From Candidatus Latescibacterota bacterium (lineage in GTDB: Bacteria; Latescibacterota; UBA2968), in assembly GCA_038279365.1 (NCBI GenBank), contig JAYODI010000007.1, positions 74,726 through 134,116 of the forward strand: 59,391 nt of DNA, read 5' to 3'. The position numbers and the translations under genes were made by a program. Below the pieces are notes generated by a model, which saw only the letters and a list, made by a program, of their open reading frames with translations, had not been told where the DNA came from and made no database searches. Of the stretch, positions 9,777-20,311 are shown piece by piece. Each line of letters starts with the position of its first letter. Within the stretch, counting starts at the first letter, position 1.

Positions 9777-12400
9777 TTATGTTTTTGCCTGAGCATCCAA
9801 TAAGTCCCTTACGGTTTGTGCCAGTATATCCAATGTAAATGGTTTTTGCATAAACACCTGTTCCAACTCGCTCAAATACTCGTTGCCCATCAAATCTTCA
9901 GCATATCCCGACATATAAATGACGGGCAAATTATGACACTGTTCTCGTAAAGTTTTGGCCAATTGTATACCACCCACACCTGGCATAACAACATCCGTCA
10001 ACAACAGATCAATTGGCTTATCACGCACTTGCCAAATGCGTAATGCATCTTGCCCATTTTTAGCAACCAGCACATGATAACCTAAATTGGTCAGTGTGCG
10101 CTGCACCAACTGACGCACAATCTCTTCATCTTCTGCCACCAATATGGTTTCATGCCCTTTTAACAAACCTCTTATGCTATCATCTGAATCCTCGGCGACC
10201 ACTTGGTCTACTTGAGGCAAATAAATCAGAAAGACAGAACCCTCGTTTTTTTTGCTTTCCACCATAATATGGCCACCGTTTTGAGCCACAATGCCATAAA
10301 CCGTTGCCAACCCCAAACCCGTTCCTTGCCCCTCTTTTTTTGTCGTAAAAAAAGGTTCAAATATATGCGCCAATGTTTCGTCATCCATGCCCAAGCCCGT
10401 ATCTTGAACCTCTATGGTAACAAATCTACCCGGTGTAAGTGATGACATAAAACGTACTTGGTGCGTATCCAAAATCACCTGATTTGTTTTGATAAACAGT
10501 TTTCCACCCTGTGGCATCGCGTCTTTGGCATTGACAACCAAATTCATAATAATCTGTTCAAGTTGTCCACGATCCATCTTAACGGGTTTACTTATTCGCG
10601 CCAATGAGACAATCAGCTCAATATCTTCGCGAACCAAACGCCGCAACATAGATTGCATATCTGATACAACATGATTCACATCCAAAATAACGGGTTTAAT
10701 CATCTGCTTGCGACTAAATGCCAACAATTGTTTTGTTAAATCAGCAGCACGCTTACTGGCATTTTGAATATCTTCGATGTCTTTCCACATCGGATTCTCT
10801 TGTTCTAATTGCACCAATAACAAAGCGGTCAAACCCAAAATGCCTGTTAATAAATTATTAAAATCATGTGCTACACCTCCTGCCAACTGACCAATCGCTT
10901 CCATTTTTTGAGACTGTCGCAGACCTTCTTCCATCACTCTTTGATCTGTCACATTGAGCAAAATGCCTAAAGTATGAAGCAGGTTTTCGTCTTCGTCACG
11001 AAACTCCAAAGAACAATCTAAAACCCTAACTTTTTTGCCGTCACGTGCATTTAAAGTGTACTCCGACCTGAAAACAGTGGGTGTCTCGTTTCCAAAAGAC
11101 TGTATATATGGCGACACATCACCATACCGCGTCAACTCTATTTCATCTTCAATAAGAGATTGACATATACCATCCCCATCTCTTCTTGAACCAAAGCGGT
11201 TGTCAAACTGCGAAATATCTTCTCATTCAGAAGATGTTCTTTTAACTGTTGCAATACATCGCGAACATTTCTACAAGACAGCGTAATACGACCAATGCCA
11301 TGAAATACCTGAATCCAATGCTCGCGTGCTTCTAATTGCTGGTTTGTTGCCACCAAAGCCTCTGTGCGACGTGCAACCTCTTGAGATACCTGACCATATC
11401 GCTGCGCGTTTCGAATGGCAATGGCCGCTTGAGAAGCATAGTCCATTAAGCGATTTAACCGCTTTTGCTCCAATGTGCGTCCACTTACAAAGTTGTCTAA
11501 AGAAATTTTACCAACAATTCTTTTGCCCTCATCATTAAAAACATATAAGGGTAGTTCCGCCCAAGCCTTTGGTGAAAAACGAACAAGCGTTCCTTCAAAT
11601 ACTTTAGGAACCACCGCACTATTCTCTAATTGATGATAAATACAGGCACCCGTGCTTTGAAAAGTCTTTTGGGTATATGCATCATCTGTTACAAAAAATC
11701 GAATTTGTGAAAAATCGCTTTGCAATTCACTCCCAACCTGCACCGCACCAACCAACACATCTTCAGATTCATCATATAAATACACCCGCACCCGATCATA
11801 ATCCAACGAACGAATATGCTCCAAAATCAGATTTAAAATTTGGTTTAAATCACTTGTCATTTGGATGGCACGTGAGATTTCACCAATGCCCTGCATCTCT
11901 TTGCGCAAATATATTTGCTGAATCCCTGTGGCCACCAAACGCGCAAAAAGCTGTGCAGTTTCGACATGCGAGTTTGTAAATACATGCGGCGTTTTGCTAA
12001 TAAAATTGAGCGCCCCCACACATTCATCATCACTCACAAGTGGTACAACAAGTTGTGCAACCAAACCCTCAGGAACGCGCTTTTCATCTACTTCAAATCG
12101 CAAATCATCTGCCACATTGGGGCGTAAAATAGGCAGTTGGTGATAAAGCACCCAATGCACTGCCGAATGCCTATCGCCCATCTGCCAATCTTGGGGGGTA
12201 AACCGCCTATATTCCACAAATCCGTCCAAACTCAAATCATATTGCTTGCCCACCACAGGCATAACAAATTTCATATGATCACATGGAATCCATTTTTTTA
12301 TGATTTGCCCAGCTTTGGCCAGAATATCTTATTCTGAGTGGTGGGCATAAAACGCTTCCGCCACACACACCAATGCTTCTTGCAAATTTTTATGATACAT
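9777..12400 (-). pseudogene. Disrupted hybrid sensor kinase (GAF-GAF-partial GAF/PAS-HisKA-HATPase-REC)
   Basis: The frame from ATG 12400 has an in-frame TAA at 12329-12331. A frameshift near 11140-11165 separates the GAF part from the kinase part (AHDFNNLL, NAKDAM, DTGLG, GTGLGL; receiver LLLTDVVMP). Confidence 0.75.
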
Positions 12401-12485
12401 CACATGACCCTCGCCTGATCAATTGCACAAGCCTAACGCTTTCTTTTTCAGAATCTATCGAAACCCACACCGAAAGTCAAAAAAC

Positions 12486-12521
12486 AAAGCGGATGGTGTC
12501 TTTGTGACCGCCATCCGCTTT
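12486..12521 (-). terminator. Intrinsic terminator after dsbD
   Basis: Inverted repeat AAAGCGGATGG/CCATCCGCTTT with an A-tract on the left. Confidence 0.7.
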
Positions 12522-12560
12522 CAAATACATCTGAATCATTTAAGATATCTTGACACCTGC

Positions 12561-14438
12561 TTACATCTGTGTGCCAAAACCTTTTTCTAAAAATTTTACA
12601 AACACACCTTTGTCACGTGTCATTCCAGGAAAGCTTGCAAGGGTCTCTCCTTCTGGAGAAATGACCACATACAATGGCAAAGCCACCGTACCAAATTGAG
12701 ATTCTTGAAACTCGCGATTGTGTTGATGTACTGCCTCGCGTCCATCCGTATACAACTGTACACGCACATATTGTTTTAACAAATTGTGTACTTCGGGCTC
12801 TGGAAAAATATTGGCCTCCATCCACCGACAATTGGTGCATGCAAACCCTGTAAAATCAATAAAAATAGGTTTACCTGTTGCCTTTGCCTCAAGCAAAGCG
12901 GCCTCATAATCGTCATGCCAAGTCAATTCGGGTTCGCCACTGCGAATTTTGGCAATTTCGCCATAACTGCCATACGGTGGAAAAAACGCATCCAATTCAC
13001 CCAAGGGTGCACCAAACAAACCAGTCATCATATACAAACTAAACGATAAAACACCCGCGCTGGCCAACAGGCGTAACGGCCCCACCGTTTCTAAGGGAGA
13101 ATCGTGAGGCAAACGAATTTTGCCCAACAAATAAATGCCACACAGTGCAAACAAAACAATCCAAATAGCGATAAAAACTTCACGCGAAATAATGCCCCAC
13201 TGCCAAACCAAATCGACATTACTCAAAAATTTCAGCGCGGCGGCCAATTCTAAAAAACCAAACACCACCTTTACTTAATTGAGCCACCCCCCTCTTTGGG
13301 GCAAAGCCGCCTTGGGTTGTGGAAAAAAATACAAGAAAAAAAACGGCAATGCAAAAGCCGCCGAAAACGCCAACATACCCAAAACGGGCCACATCCAAGT
13401 ACCTTGTGAAGTAAGCACCAACAACGTGCCCACAAAAGGAGCCGTACAAGTAAAAGACGTGAGCGAAAAGGTAAACCCCATCAACAAAATGGCCCCATAA
13501 CTGCCACCTTGTACCTGATTCAACTTGTTGAGCAAACCATAAGGCAACTGAATTTCAAACAAGCCAAACAGGGCCAAAGCAAAAGCCACAAAAATAATCG
13601 TAATCAATATGTTTACCCACGGATTGGCCGCAAACTGTGCCGCCCCCGAAGCACCCAATGTCATGGCCAAAATCAACCCCAACCCCGTAAATGTAAAAAT
13701 AATGCCCCCACAGTAGGCCAGTGATTTTGCAATGGATTCACCACGGCTTTGTGATTCTTGCTTTGTAAAAAACGACACCGTAATCGGAATCATTGGAAAC
13801 ACGCAGGGTGTTAACAAAGCCAACAACCCCATTGTAAAAGACAAATACAAAAAAGCGCCCAACCCCTGCGATAAGGCACGATCCACATCGGCAATACTGC
13901 CCGTTCCATCCAAATCACTGTCTTCACTTTTGCTCACCATAGAAGCCATTGCAATCACATATTCTGGGCGTGGCTGCCCCAGCTCTATTTGCACAGGCAC
14001 GTTATAAACATAAGTATTAGGTGGCAAACACGATGTGGCATTGCACAACATATACGTCACTTCACCAGAAAGTGTGGTTGCGCCCACCACGGCATCATCC
14101 ATCACTTTGACACGCATCCCAAAGCGCACCGACTTGTTGTAATATTCAACCATCATATCAAAGTTGGGATCGTGCTCTTTGATGGGAGGCGGCTGAATCA
14201 CAGCACCATTTTGAACAAAACCTTTCCCTGTAAGCACAAACTCTGTTGGATAAGGCCCTCCTTCAGGCGTGGTGGCCGAATAAATATGCCAATCATCGCT
14301 TAATGTAACATCTATCCACACCGTCGCGGTTTCCCCCACACGCACCCTTTCAGGTACAACAGAAACCGAGAAAGTTGCAGGTTCTTGGGCACCAACAGCC
14401 GATGAAAAAAATAAAACAACCAGCATCACAAAACGCAT
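12561..14438 (-). pseudogene. dsbD: Thiol:disulfide interchange protein DsbD with one in-frame TAA (pseudogene or sequence error)
   Basis: N-domain CNATSC, transmembrane LTPCVFP and SFTCTAP, thioredoxin CTNC. Reads GGWLN*VKVVFGFLELA with TAA at 13275-13277; both halves are in the same frame. Confidence 0.8.
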
Positions 14439-14689
14439 CACAACCTCCAATAAGCGTCACAAAACACTTAAAAGCATTTGTATCTGTATCAAAACAAGGC
14501 AAAACGCGTACCACGCCCGAAACAATACCCCTATTGCTCAAATAAACAAACATTTACGAAGCAATACTCTTTTGATGTATTTTACAAAATATATACTGTA
14601 AAGATGAGACCCTTCACGTTTTTGGATTGTCTTAATAGATTACGCTAACAAGAACGAACCATCACATAGTGTCAATCCTATAAAGGTGT

Positions 14690-17600
14690 TTATGCACTTC
14701 TCTTAATCACCAACAAAGTCACATCATCTGTCTGAGACGCATTGCCCTTAAATTGTTTCAGATCTTCAAAAACCCCATCAATCAGTGCTTTTGTGCCAGC
14801 GCCAATATGCTTCCGAATGAGCGTTTCGAGCCGTGCTTCTTCATAAAAATCACCTGCCACAGTTTGCATGTCGGTCACACCATCACTATACAAAATAAGC
14901 GCATCGCCAGGTTCCAGTATCAGCTCCGTTTCCTCAGGATCCGTATTGGCCCCCACGGGCAATAGCATGCCCAATGGCACCGAAATCAACTCCAACATTT
15001 TTAATTCGCCCGTTGCCGCCGAATAGTGATACGGAAAAGGGTGTGCGGCATTGCCCAAATGAACCTTGCCCGTGCGCAAATCCAACATCCCCAAACAGCA
15101 GGTAATAAAACTGGCGGCATCTAAATGGAGCAACAACTCATTGTGTAAGTTTTGTAAAACCTTCGTAGGGGAAGCAGGTTCTCGAAACTCATAACGAAAA
15201 ATACCACTCAACTGCATCGCACGCACAGCTGCCGTCATGGCCTTGCCCGACACATCGGCAGCACCAAAACCCAATATATGTTGCGCATCATCTAACCAAT
15301 GATAGGTAAAATAATCGCCACCCACATGATTGGCAGGCCAACAACGCCCCGCAATTTCAAACCCACCTTTTAAAATGGGCTTACGTGGCAACAAACCCAT
15401 TTGCATCTCGTGGGCCTCTTGCAATTCGGCCTCCAATTCATCAATGAGTTGGGCTTGTGCTTCCTCCCACCGTTTTTGCCGTTGCCAAGCCGAGCCAGAT
15501 GTAACCATCAACAAGATCACCACCACCAGACTCAACCCGACAAACCAAGGCCGTTTCCAAACGGGAGCCAAAACTTCAAACGTATGCACAACAGGTGTCT
15601 CGTCTACATTAAATGCCAAATCCATAGCACGCACTTCAAATGTATGATTGCCAGGTTCTAATGCATCAAAAGACACATGTGTGGTGCGCCCAAAAGACGA
15701 CCAAGGCCCCCCATTTAAGCGCCACGAAAATTGCAAGGTCCACCCCGGAGAAATTTTCCACCCGTCTTGACCTGCAAATTCAAATGCAGCGCTTTGATTC
15801 GGCGCAACCTTCTTTTGTGCCGAAACCAAATAGGTATCCGGTGGATTTTTATCGGGCACATAACAGGCCAAACCGTCTGATGTGGCAAACCACAACCGCC
15901 CCAATGTGTCTTGGCACACATCCCATACCTGACTGCTGGGCAACCCTTCTCGCACCGTGTAACGCGTCCATATATCCCCATTGGTACGAATGGCACCATC
16001 TATTGTAGACGCCATCCATACGGTGCCATCATCGGCTGAATAAATGCGACGTACACCATTAAAATGCCCAGCCATATTGCCAGGCACACGCTTCCAACTC
16101 TTTGTTTTCACATTAAAAAAAGCCACACCATCAAATGGCGTACTGACCCAAATGTGCCCATCTTTATCAGCCACAATGCTATTTACTGGCCCTTCGGGAA
16201 GACCGTCGGCAACAGCATAAACACGCCGCTCTCCATTGGCAATGTGCAAGACACCATCTGCCCCACCAATCCACAAGGCGCCATTTGCACCTTCATAAAC
16301 CGCCAATGCCATACGCACATCTTCGATGCTCTCGCGCAAGTGCCCATCAAACCGAGAAACCCCCAACCGGTTCACCAACCAAATCCCCCCCTTTTGCGCA
16401 GGCGCAATTGTTCGCAAACCACCACGCATCGACGCATCTATTTCCAACAATTCCCAGCGTTGCCCATTGAATCGCAACACATGGCTTGAGGTAGCCCCCC
16501 AGAGCACCCCTTGTCCATCTGTGGCAAAATCCACAAATCGCCCACGTGTTTTGCCAGATAAATCATCAAACATCTGCCACTTATCCTGCTCCAACCGATA
16601 CACACCCTTGTCAGTGCCTGCCCATAACGTACCTGATGTATCGCGAATTAATTCGGTTTCACCCCGATCTCTTTTGCCTGGCCAGTCCAAATGGTTCACC
16701 CACCCAACAGAACCAAATCGCCCCACACCACCACGTGTGGCCACCCACACCGCGCCATCGGCAGCAAAGGCAATATCTTCGACAAAATTATTGGGCAACC
16801 CATCACGTTCAGAATACGCCACCCATTCACCATCGGCCCGTAAAAAAGCCGCCCCCGCCGGTGTGCCGACCCAAACAGAGCCATTGTTTAGTGGTTTTAC
16901 AACGTGTATACGATCAGAGGGCAATCCATCTTCAACCGTCAAACGCGTCCACACCTCTCGACCATATTGCCAAAGACCATCACCATCGGTGCCAAACCAA
17001 ATGGTGCCGTCTGCTTCTTGAGCCATACTCAAAACGGGTTCTTGGATAACAGCAGAAAACTCAGAAATCGGTTGCCATTGTGCCGCATTGATATCCACAA
17101 CACCAATGCCTTGCTCACCTTGCCCTCTGCGCGACCTGCCACTGCCAAAGCGAAACATAGACCGCTGGCCATATCCATATGCAATCCATAATTGGCCTTC
17201 TGCCGTATACAAAACACTTTGTACCCCTCGCAATATCTCACCATCTTGGCCCCGGACCAACCGCAATCCACCATTGGCAAGCAACAACAAACGACCATCA
17301 TCTGTAACCAAACACCCCGTATTGGGACTTGAAGCAAAAAATTTGCGTACCCCAAAACGGCCAAACAAATCTTCTGGCGTATCCAAACCTTGCCATTTGC
17401 CATCTGCATATCGGGCAATGGCCTGTTTGACATCATCTGCAAATCCACCACCCATCGCAGCCCAAATGACGCCATTGTCTTCAACGGCCAAATCCCACAC
17501 CATATTGCTCGGAAGCCCCGATTGGGTTGTAAATGTTTGCCAAGTGCGACCATCATAACGCGAAACACCATCAAAAGTTGCAAACCACATTGCGCCATCG

Positions 17601-17782
17601 CGTGTTTGTGCAACCGCAGTAACCACATTGTGAGCCAATCCATCTTCTTGGCGAAATGTGGTCCAGGCACGTGCCAAATCGTCATTTGCGCATATTGGAG
17701 CAGTTCCATATCCCAAACAGAAAGCACCAACCCCACACATCAAACGCAACATGGCCCCCCAAATGACCCTCATAAAAACCAT
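14690..17782 (-). CDS. Two-component-regulator propeller sensor fused to a SpoIIE/RsbU-type PP2C phosphatase
   Basis: Repeated DGLPSN/W(F/V)AT blades; Y_Y_Y-like domain (LEPGNHTFEVRA); TM helix after PVWKRPWF; VGGDYF, ADVSGK, YSDGVTD, DDVTLL. Confidence 0.88.
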   Translation of the reverse strand: MVFMRVIWGAMLRLMCGVGAFCLGYGTAPICANDDLARAWTTFRQEDGLAHNVVTAVAQTRDGAMWFATFDGVSRYDGRTWQTFTTQSGLPSNMVWDLAVEDNGVIWAAMGGGFADDVKQAIARYADGKWQGLDTPEDLFGRFGVRKFFASSPNTGCLVTDDGRLLLLANGGLRLVRGQDGEILRGVQSVLYTAEGQLWIAYGYGQRSMFRFGSGRSRRGQGEQGIGVVDINAAQWQPISEFSAVIQEPVLSMAQEADGTIWFGTDGDGLWQYGREVWTRLTVEDGLPSDRIHVVKPLNNGSVWVGTPAGAAFLRADGEWVAYSERDGLPNNFVEDIAFAADGAVWVATRGGVGRFGSVGWVNHLDWPGKRDRGETELIRDTSGTLWAGTDKGVYRLEQDKWQMFDDLSGKTRGRFVDFATDGQGVLWGATSSHVLRFNGQRWELLEIDASMRGGLRTIAPAQKGGIWLVNRLGVSRFDGHLRESIEDVRMALAVYEGANGALWIGGADGVLHIANGERRVYAVADGLPEGPVNSIVADKDGHIWVSTPFDGVAFFNVKTKSWKRVPGNMAGHFNGVRRIYSADDGTVWMASTIDGAIRTNGDIWTRYTVREGLPSSQVWDVCQDTLGRLWFATSDGLACYVPDKNPPDTYLVSAQKKVAPNQSAAFEFAGQDGWKISPGWTLQFSWRLNGGPWSSFGRTTHVSFDALEPGNHTFEVRAMDLAFNVDETPVVHTFEVLAPVWKRPWFVGLSLVVVILLMVTSGSAWQRQKRWEEAQAQLIDELEAELQEAHEMQMGLLPRKPILKGGFEIAGRCWPANHVGGDYFTYHWLDDAQHILGFGAADVSGKAMTAAVRAMQLSGIFRYEFREPASPTKVLQNLHNELLLHLDAASFITCCLGMLDLRTGKVHLGNAAHPFPYHYSAATGELKMLELISVPLGMLLPVGANTDPEETELILEPGDALILYSDGVTDMQTVAGDFYEEARLETLIRKHIGAGTKALIDGVFEDLKQFKGNASQTDDVTLLVIKRSA

Positions 17783-18005
17783 CCAATCCCTAAAATGCCC
17801 CTTGTCTTCCCATATGAAAAACTGTAAATTTTGCTATTAATACCTTACCTATTGCACCTGCCTCAAGTCACGGTATTTTTTATTCTTAATAGACCCTTTA
17901 CCTTGTCATTGTGTTCCCACCACATCAAAAGTAAACAATTTATCGTTCTGCTGCACACTATTCCAGCAGAAAAAGCGTGTTATTAGGCAAAGGAAACCCC
18001 ACCCC

Positions 18006-19025
18006 ATGCCAAGAGAAGAAGAAGAAGATGATATTATGCCCGCGCGGCAAAAGGTTGCCATATTGATGATCGCGCTGGGCCAAGAAACAACGGCTGAAGT
18101 CATGAAATACCTCACAGATATCGAAGTGGAGCAAATTGCACAATCCATTTCAGAACTTGATTTGGTAACCACCGAACAGGAAGATGAGGTACTCGAAGAA
18201 TTTGAACAGCTTTTGCTTGCTGGTAAATATGTCTCCCAAGGGGGGATTGACTTTGCCCGTGGTGCCCTTGAAAAAGCATTGGGCCCTCGCAAAGCGCAAG
18301 CGGTGCTCGACCGAGTAACCAGCACCACATCCAGCGGGTTTTACATGTTGCGCAATGTAGACCCCAACCAAATCATACCCTTTATCTCCAAAGAACACCC
18401 CCAAACCATTGCCCTGATCCTCTCACAGCTCGATCCCACACAATCGGCGGGTGTCATTAATGGCCTGCCCGAAGAAATGCAATCGGATGTGGCATATCGC
18501 ATTGCCCGAATGGACAATATTTCGCCCCAAATCTTGCGCGAATTAGAAGAAAGCTTGGCCCACGATTTACAAGCCATTCTCTCTGGGCAGATCACCGAAA
18601 TTGGTGGTCCAAAGGCCGTGGCCGAAATCCTCAACCGCACAGGACGTTCAACAGAAAAAGCCGTATTGGAACGCCTCGATGCGCAAGATCCAGAATTGGC
18701 CGAAGAAGTGCGCAACCAAATGTTTGTGTTCGACGACATTGCCAATTTAACCGACCGCGAAATTCAAATGATCTTACGCGAAGTCGATACCAAAGATCTG
18801 GCAGTGGCGCTCAAAGGTGGCTCGGAAGAACTGCAAGAACGCATCTTTGGCAATGTCTCTGAACGCGTGGGCACCATGATCAAAGAAGAAATGCAATTTT
18901 CAGGTCCAGTGCGCATGAGCGACGTTGAAGAAGTACAATTGCGCATTGTCCAAACCGTGCGTCAATTAGAAGAAGCGGGGCAGGTCACCGTTGTACGTGG
19001 CGACTCCAACGACGTCTTTGTTTAA
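18006..19025 (+). CDS. fliG: Flagellar motor switch protein FliG
   Basis: QKVAILMIALG, GGIDFA, EHPQTIALILS, GGPKAVAEILN, MFVFDDI, GPVRMSDVEE. Confidence 0.95.
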   Translation: MPREEEEDDIMPARQKVAILMIALGQETTAEVMKYLTDIEVEQIAQSISELDLVTTEQEDEVLEEFEQLLLAGKYVSQGGIDFARGALEKALGPRKAQAVLDRVTSTTSSGFYMLRNVDPNQIIPFISKEHPQTIALILSQLDPTQSAGVINGLPEEMQSDVAYRIARMDNISPQILRELEESLAHDLQAILSGQITEIGGPKAVAEILNRTGRSTEKAVLERLDAQDPELAEEVRNQMFVFDDIANLTDREIQMILREVDTKDLAVALKGGSEELQERIFGNVSERVGTMIKEEMQFSGPVRMSDVEEVQLRIVQTVRQLEEAGQVTVVRGDSNDVFV

Positions 19026-19104
19026 ATTTTGATCATAAAAACAGCACATCATAACACAGCTAAAACTTGATATCGCACCAACAATGTCCTATGTTATTAA
19101 GGAC

Positions 19105-19947
19105 ATGAAAAAAAAATTACTGACATATTTGCTCGCCTCACTTTTTTATGCATTTGGCGTAGCGGCACAAGACCTTGACCAAGCACTCATTGAGGCCGCC
19201 AAAGACGGTCATGTGGCACAGGTTCAGGCCTTACTTGCCCAAGGGGCTCATATTGATGCCGTTAACAAAGACCAACGCACAGCGCTCATCAGGGCCGCAT
19301 TTCGAGGTCATGTAGAAGTTATTCAAGCGCTTGTTGCAGCCAATGCAAATTTAAACCTCCGCGATTACGAAGGTCATACGGCTCTCTCTTGGGCCGCACA
19401 TGAAGGGCGCACCGATGTTGCACAAGTACTCCTTGAGGCAGGTGCCAACCCCAATACCCGCGATGAAGACCGCTATACCCCTCTCATTTGGGCCGCATTT
19501 AAGGGCCATCTCGCCATTGTCGATGGCCTGCTTCATGCAGGCGCCGACCCTCAAGCACAAAACACGTCTGGTTTTACAGCGCTTATTAGGGCCGCTCAGC
19601 AAGGACATGTAGAAGTCGTTGTGCGTCTTATTGCCGCAAAATGTGATGTGAATGCGCAAAACAGACATGGGTATACGGCACTGATGAGGGCCGCAGAGCA
19701 AGGGCACACCCAAGTCACAGATTTACTGATAAAGGCTGGGGCAAACATCAACGAACAAAACAATTATGGGTATACAGCGCTGATGAGGGCCGCAGATAGA
19801 GGGCATACCACACTGGTCAAACAACTCCTTGATGCAGGTGCCAACCCCGATATTGCTGACAAACGAGGGCGTACGGCACTGACCCGGGCACAGGCACAAA
19901 AACACACTGAGATTATCAAACTGCTCAAATCAGCCAATGCCCATTAA
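19105..19947 (+). CDS. Secreted ankyrin-repeat protein (about 8 repeats)
   Basis: Signal peptide MKKKLL..AAQD; repeated G.TAL..AA..GH...V..LL.AGA; SD AAGGA before the ATG at 19105. Confidence 0.9.
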   Translation: MKKKLLTYLLASLFYAFGVAAQDLDQALIEAAKDGHVAQVQALLAQGAHIDAVNKDQRTALIRAAFRGHVEVIQALVAANANLNLRDYEGHTALSWAAHEGRTDVAQVLLEAGANPNTRDEDRYTPLIWAAFKGHLAIVDGLLHAGADPQAQNTSGFTALIRAAQQGHVEVVVRLIAAKCDVNAQNRHGYTALMRAAEQGHTQVTDLLIKAGANINEQNNYGYTALMRAADRGHTTLVKQLLDAGANPDIADKRGRTALTRAQAQKHTEIIKLLKSANAH

Positions 19948-19974
19948 TACAACCGCCATCACATCACAAACCCT

Positions 19975-20061
19975 ATGTCCAAACTCGAACGCGCCATACG
20001 CCTCCTACTCTTTATCGCGATCACTCTCGGGTTTTGGCTCTATTATTTTAGCGAGCAATAA
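19975..20061 (+). CDS. Putative 28-aa single-TM small protein
   Basis: MSKLERAIRLLLFIAITLGFWLYYFSEQ; below the ORF-track cutoff. Confidence 0.45.
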   Translation: MSKLERAIRLLLFIAITLGFWLYYFSEQ

Positions 20062-20063
20062 CC

Positions 20064-20168
20064 ATGAAAAAAGTGGGTATCTTCTTTATTACACTGGTAG
20101 CACTTTTTATGACAGCCATCTGGCTGGCCTTTCGAGACCTTGAGGAACAGTATAAACATCTCGATTGA
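20064..20168 (+). CDS. Putative 34-aa single-TM small protein
   Basis: MKKVGIFFITLVALFMTAIWLAFRDLEEQYKHLD; starts 2 nt after the previous stop, with a terminator downstream. Confidence 0.5.
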   Translation: MKKVGIFFITLVALFMTAIWLAFRDLEEQYKHLD

Positions 20169-20191
20169 ACATGCGCACGACTTAAACACCT

Positions 20192-20225
20192 AAAAAGGCG
20201 ATCTGAAATCAGATCGCCTTTTTTT
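20192..20225 (+). terminator. Intrinsic terminator
   Basis: AAAAAGGCGATCTG-AAAT-CAGATCGCC-T7. Confidence 0.85.
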
Positions 20226-20240
20226 GTCATTAAGAAATGC

Positions 20241-20269
20241 TTGATACATCTTTCAACGCCGTCTATATT
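20241..20269 (+). promoter_or_regulatory. Sigma-70-type promoter of the sulfatase
   Basis: TTGATA-17 nt-TATATT. Confidence 0.5.
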
Positions 20270-20311
20270 GGAGCACCATTTCATACCATCATCTTCACAA
20301 AAGGAAACATC

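Noticed and set aside
12329-13277. TAA recoding suggested by two in-frame TAAs in adjacent genes
   Set aside because: TAA is the ordinary stop for many genes here; mutation or consensus error is simpler.
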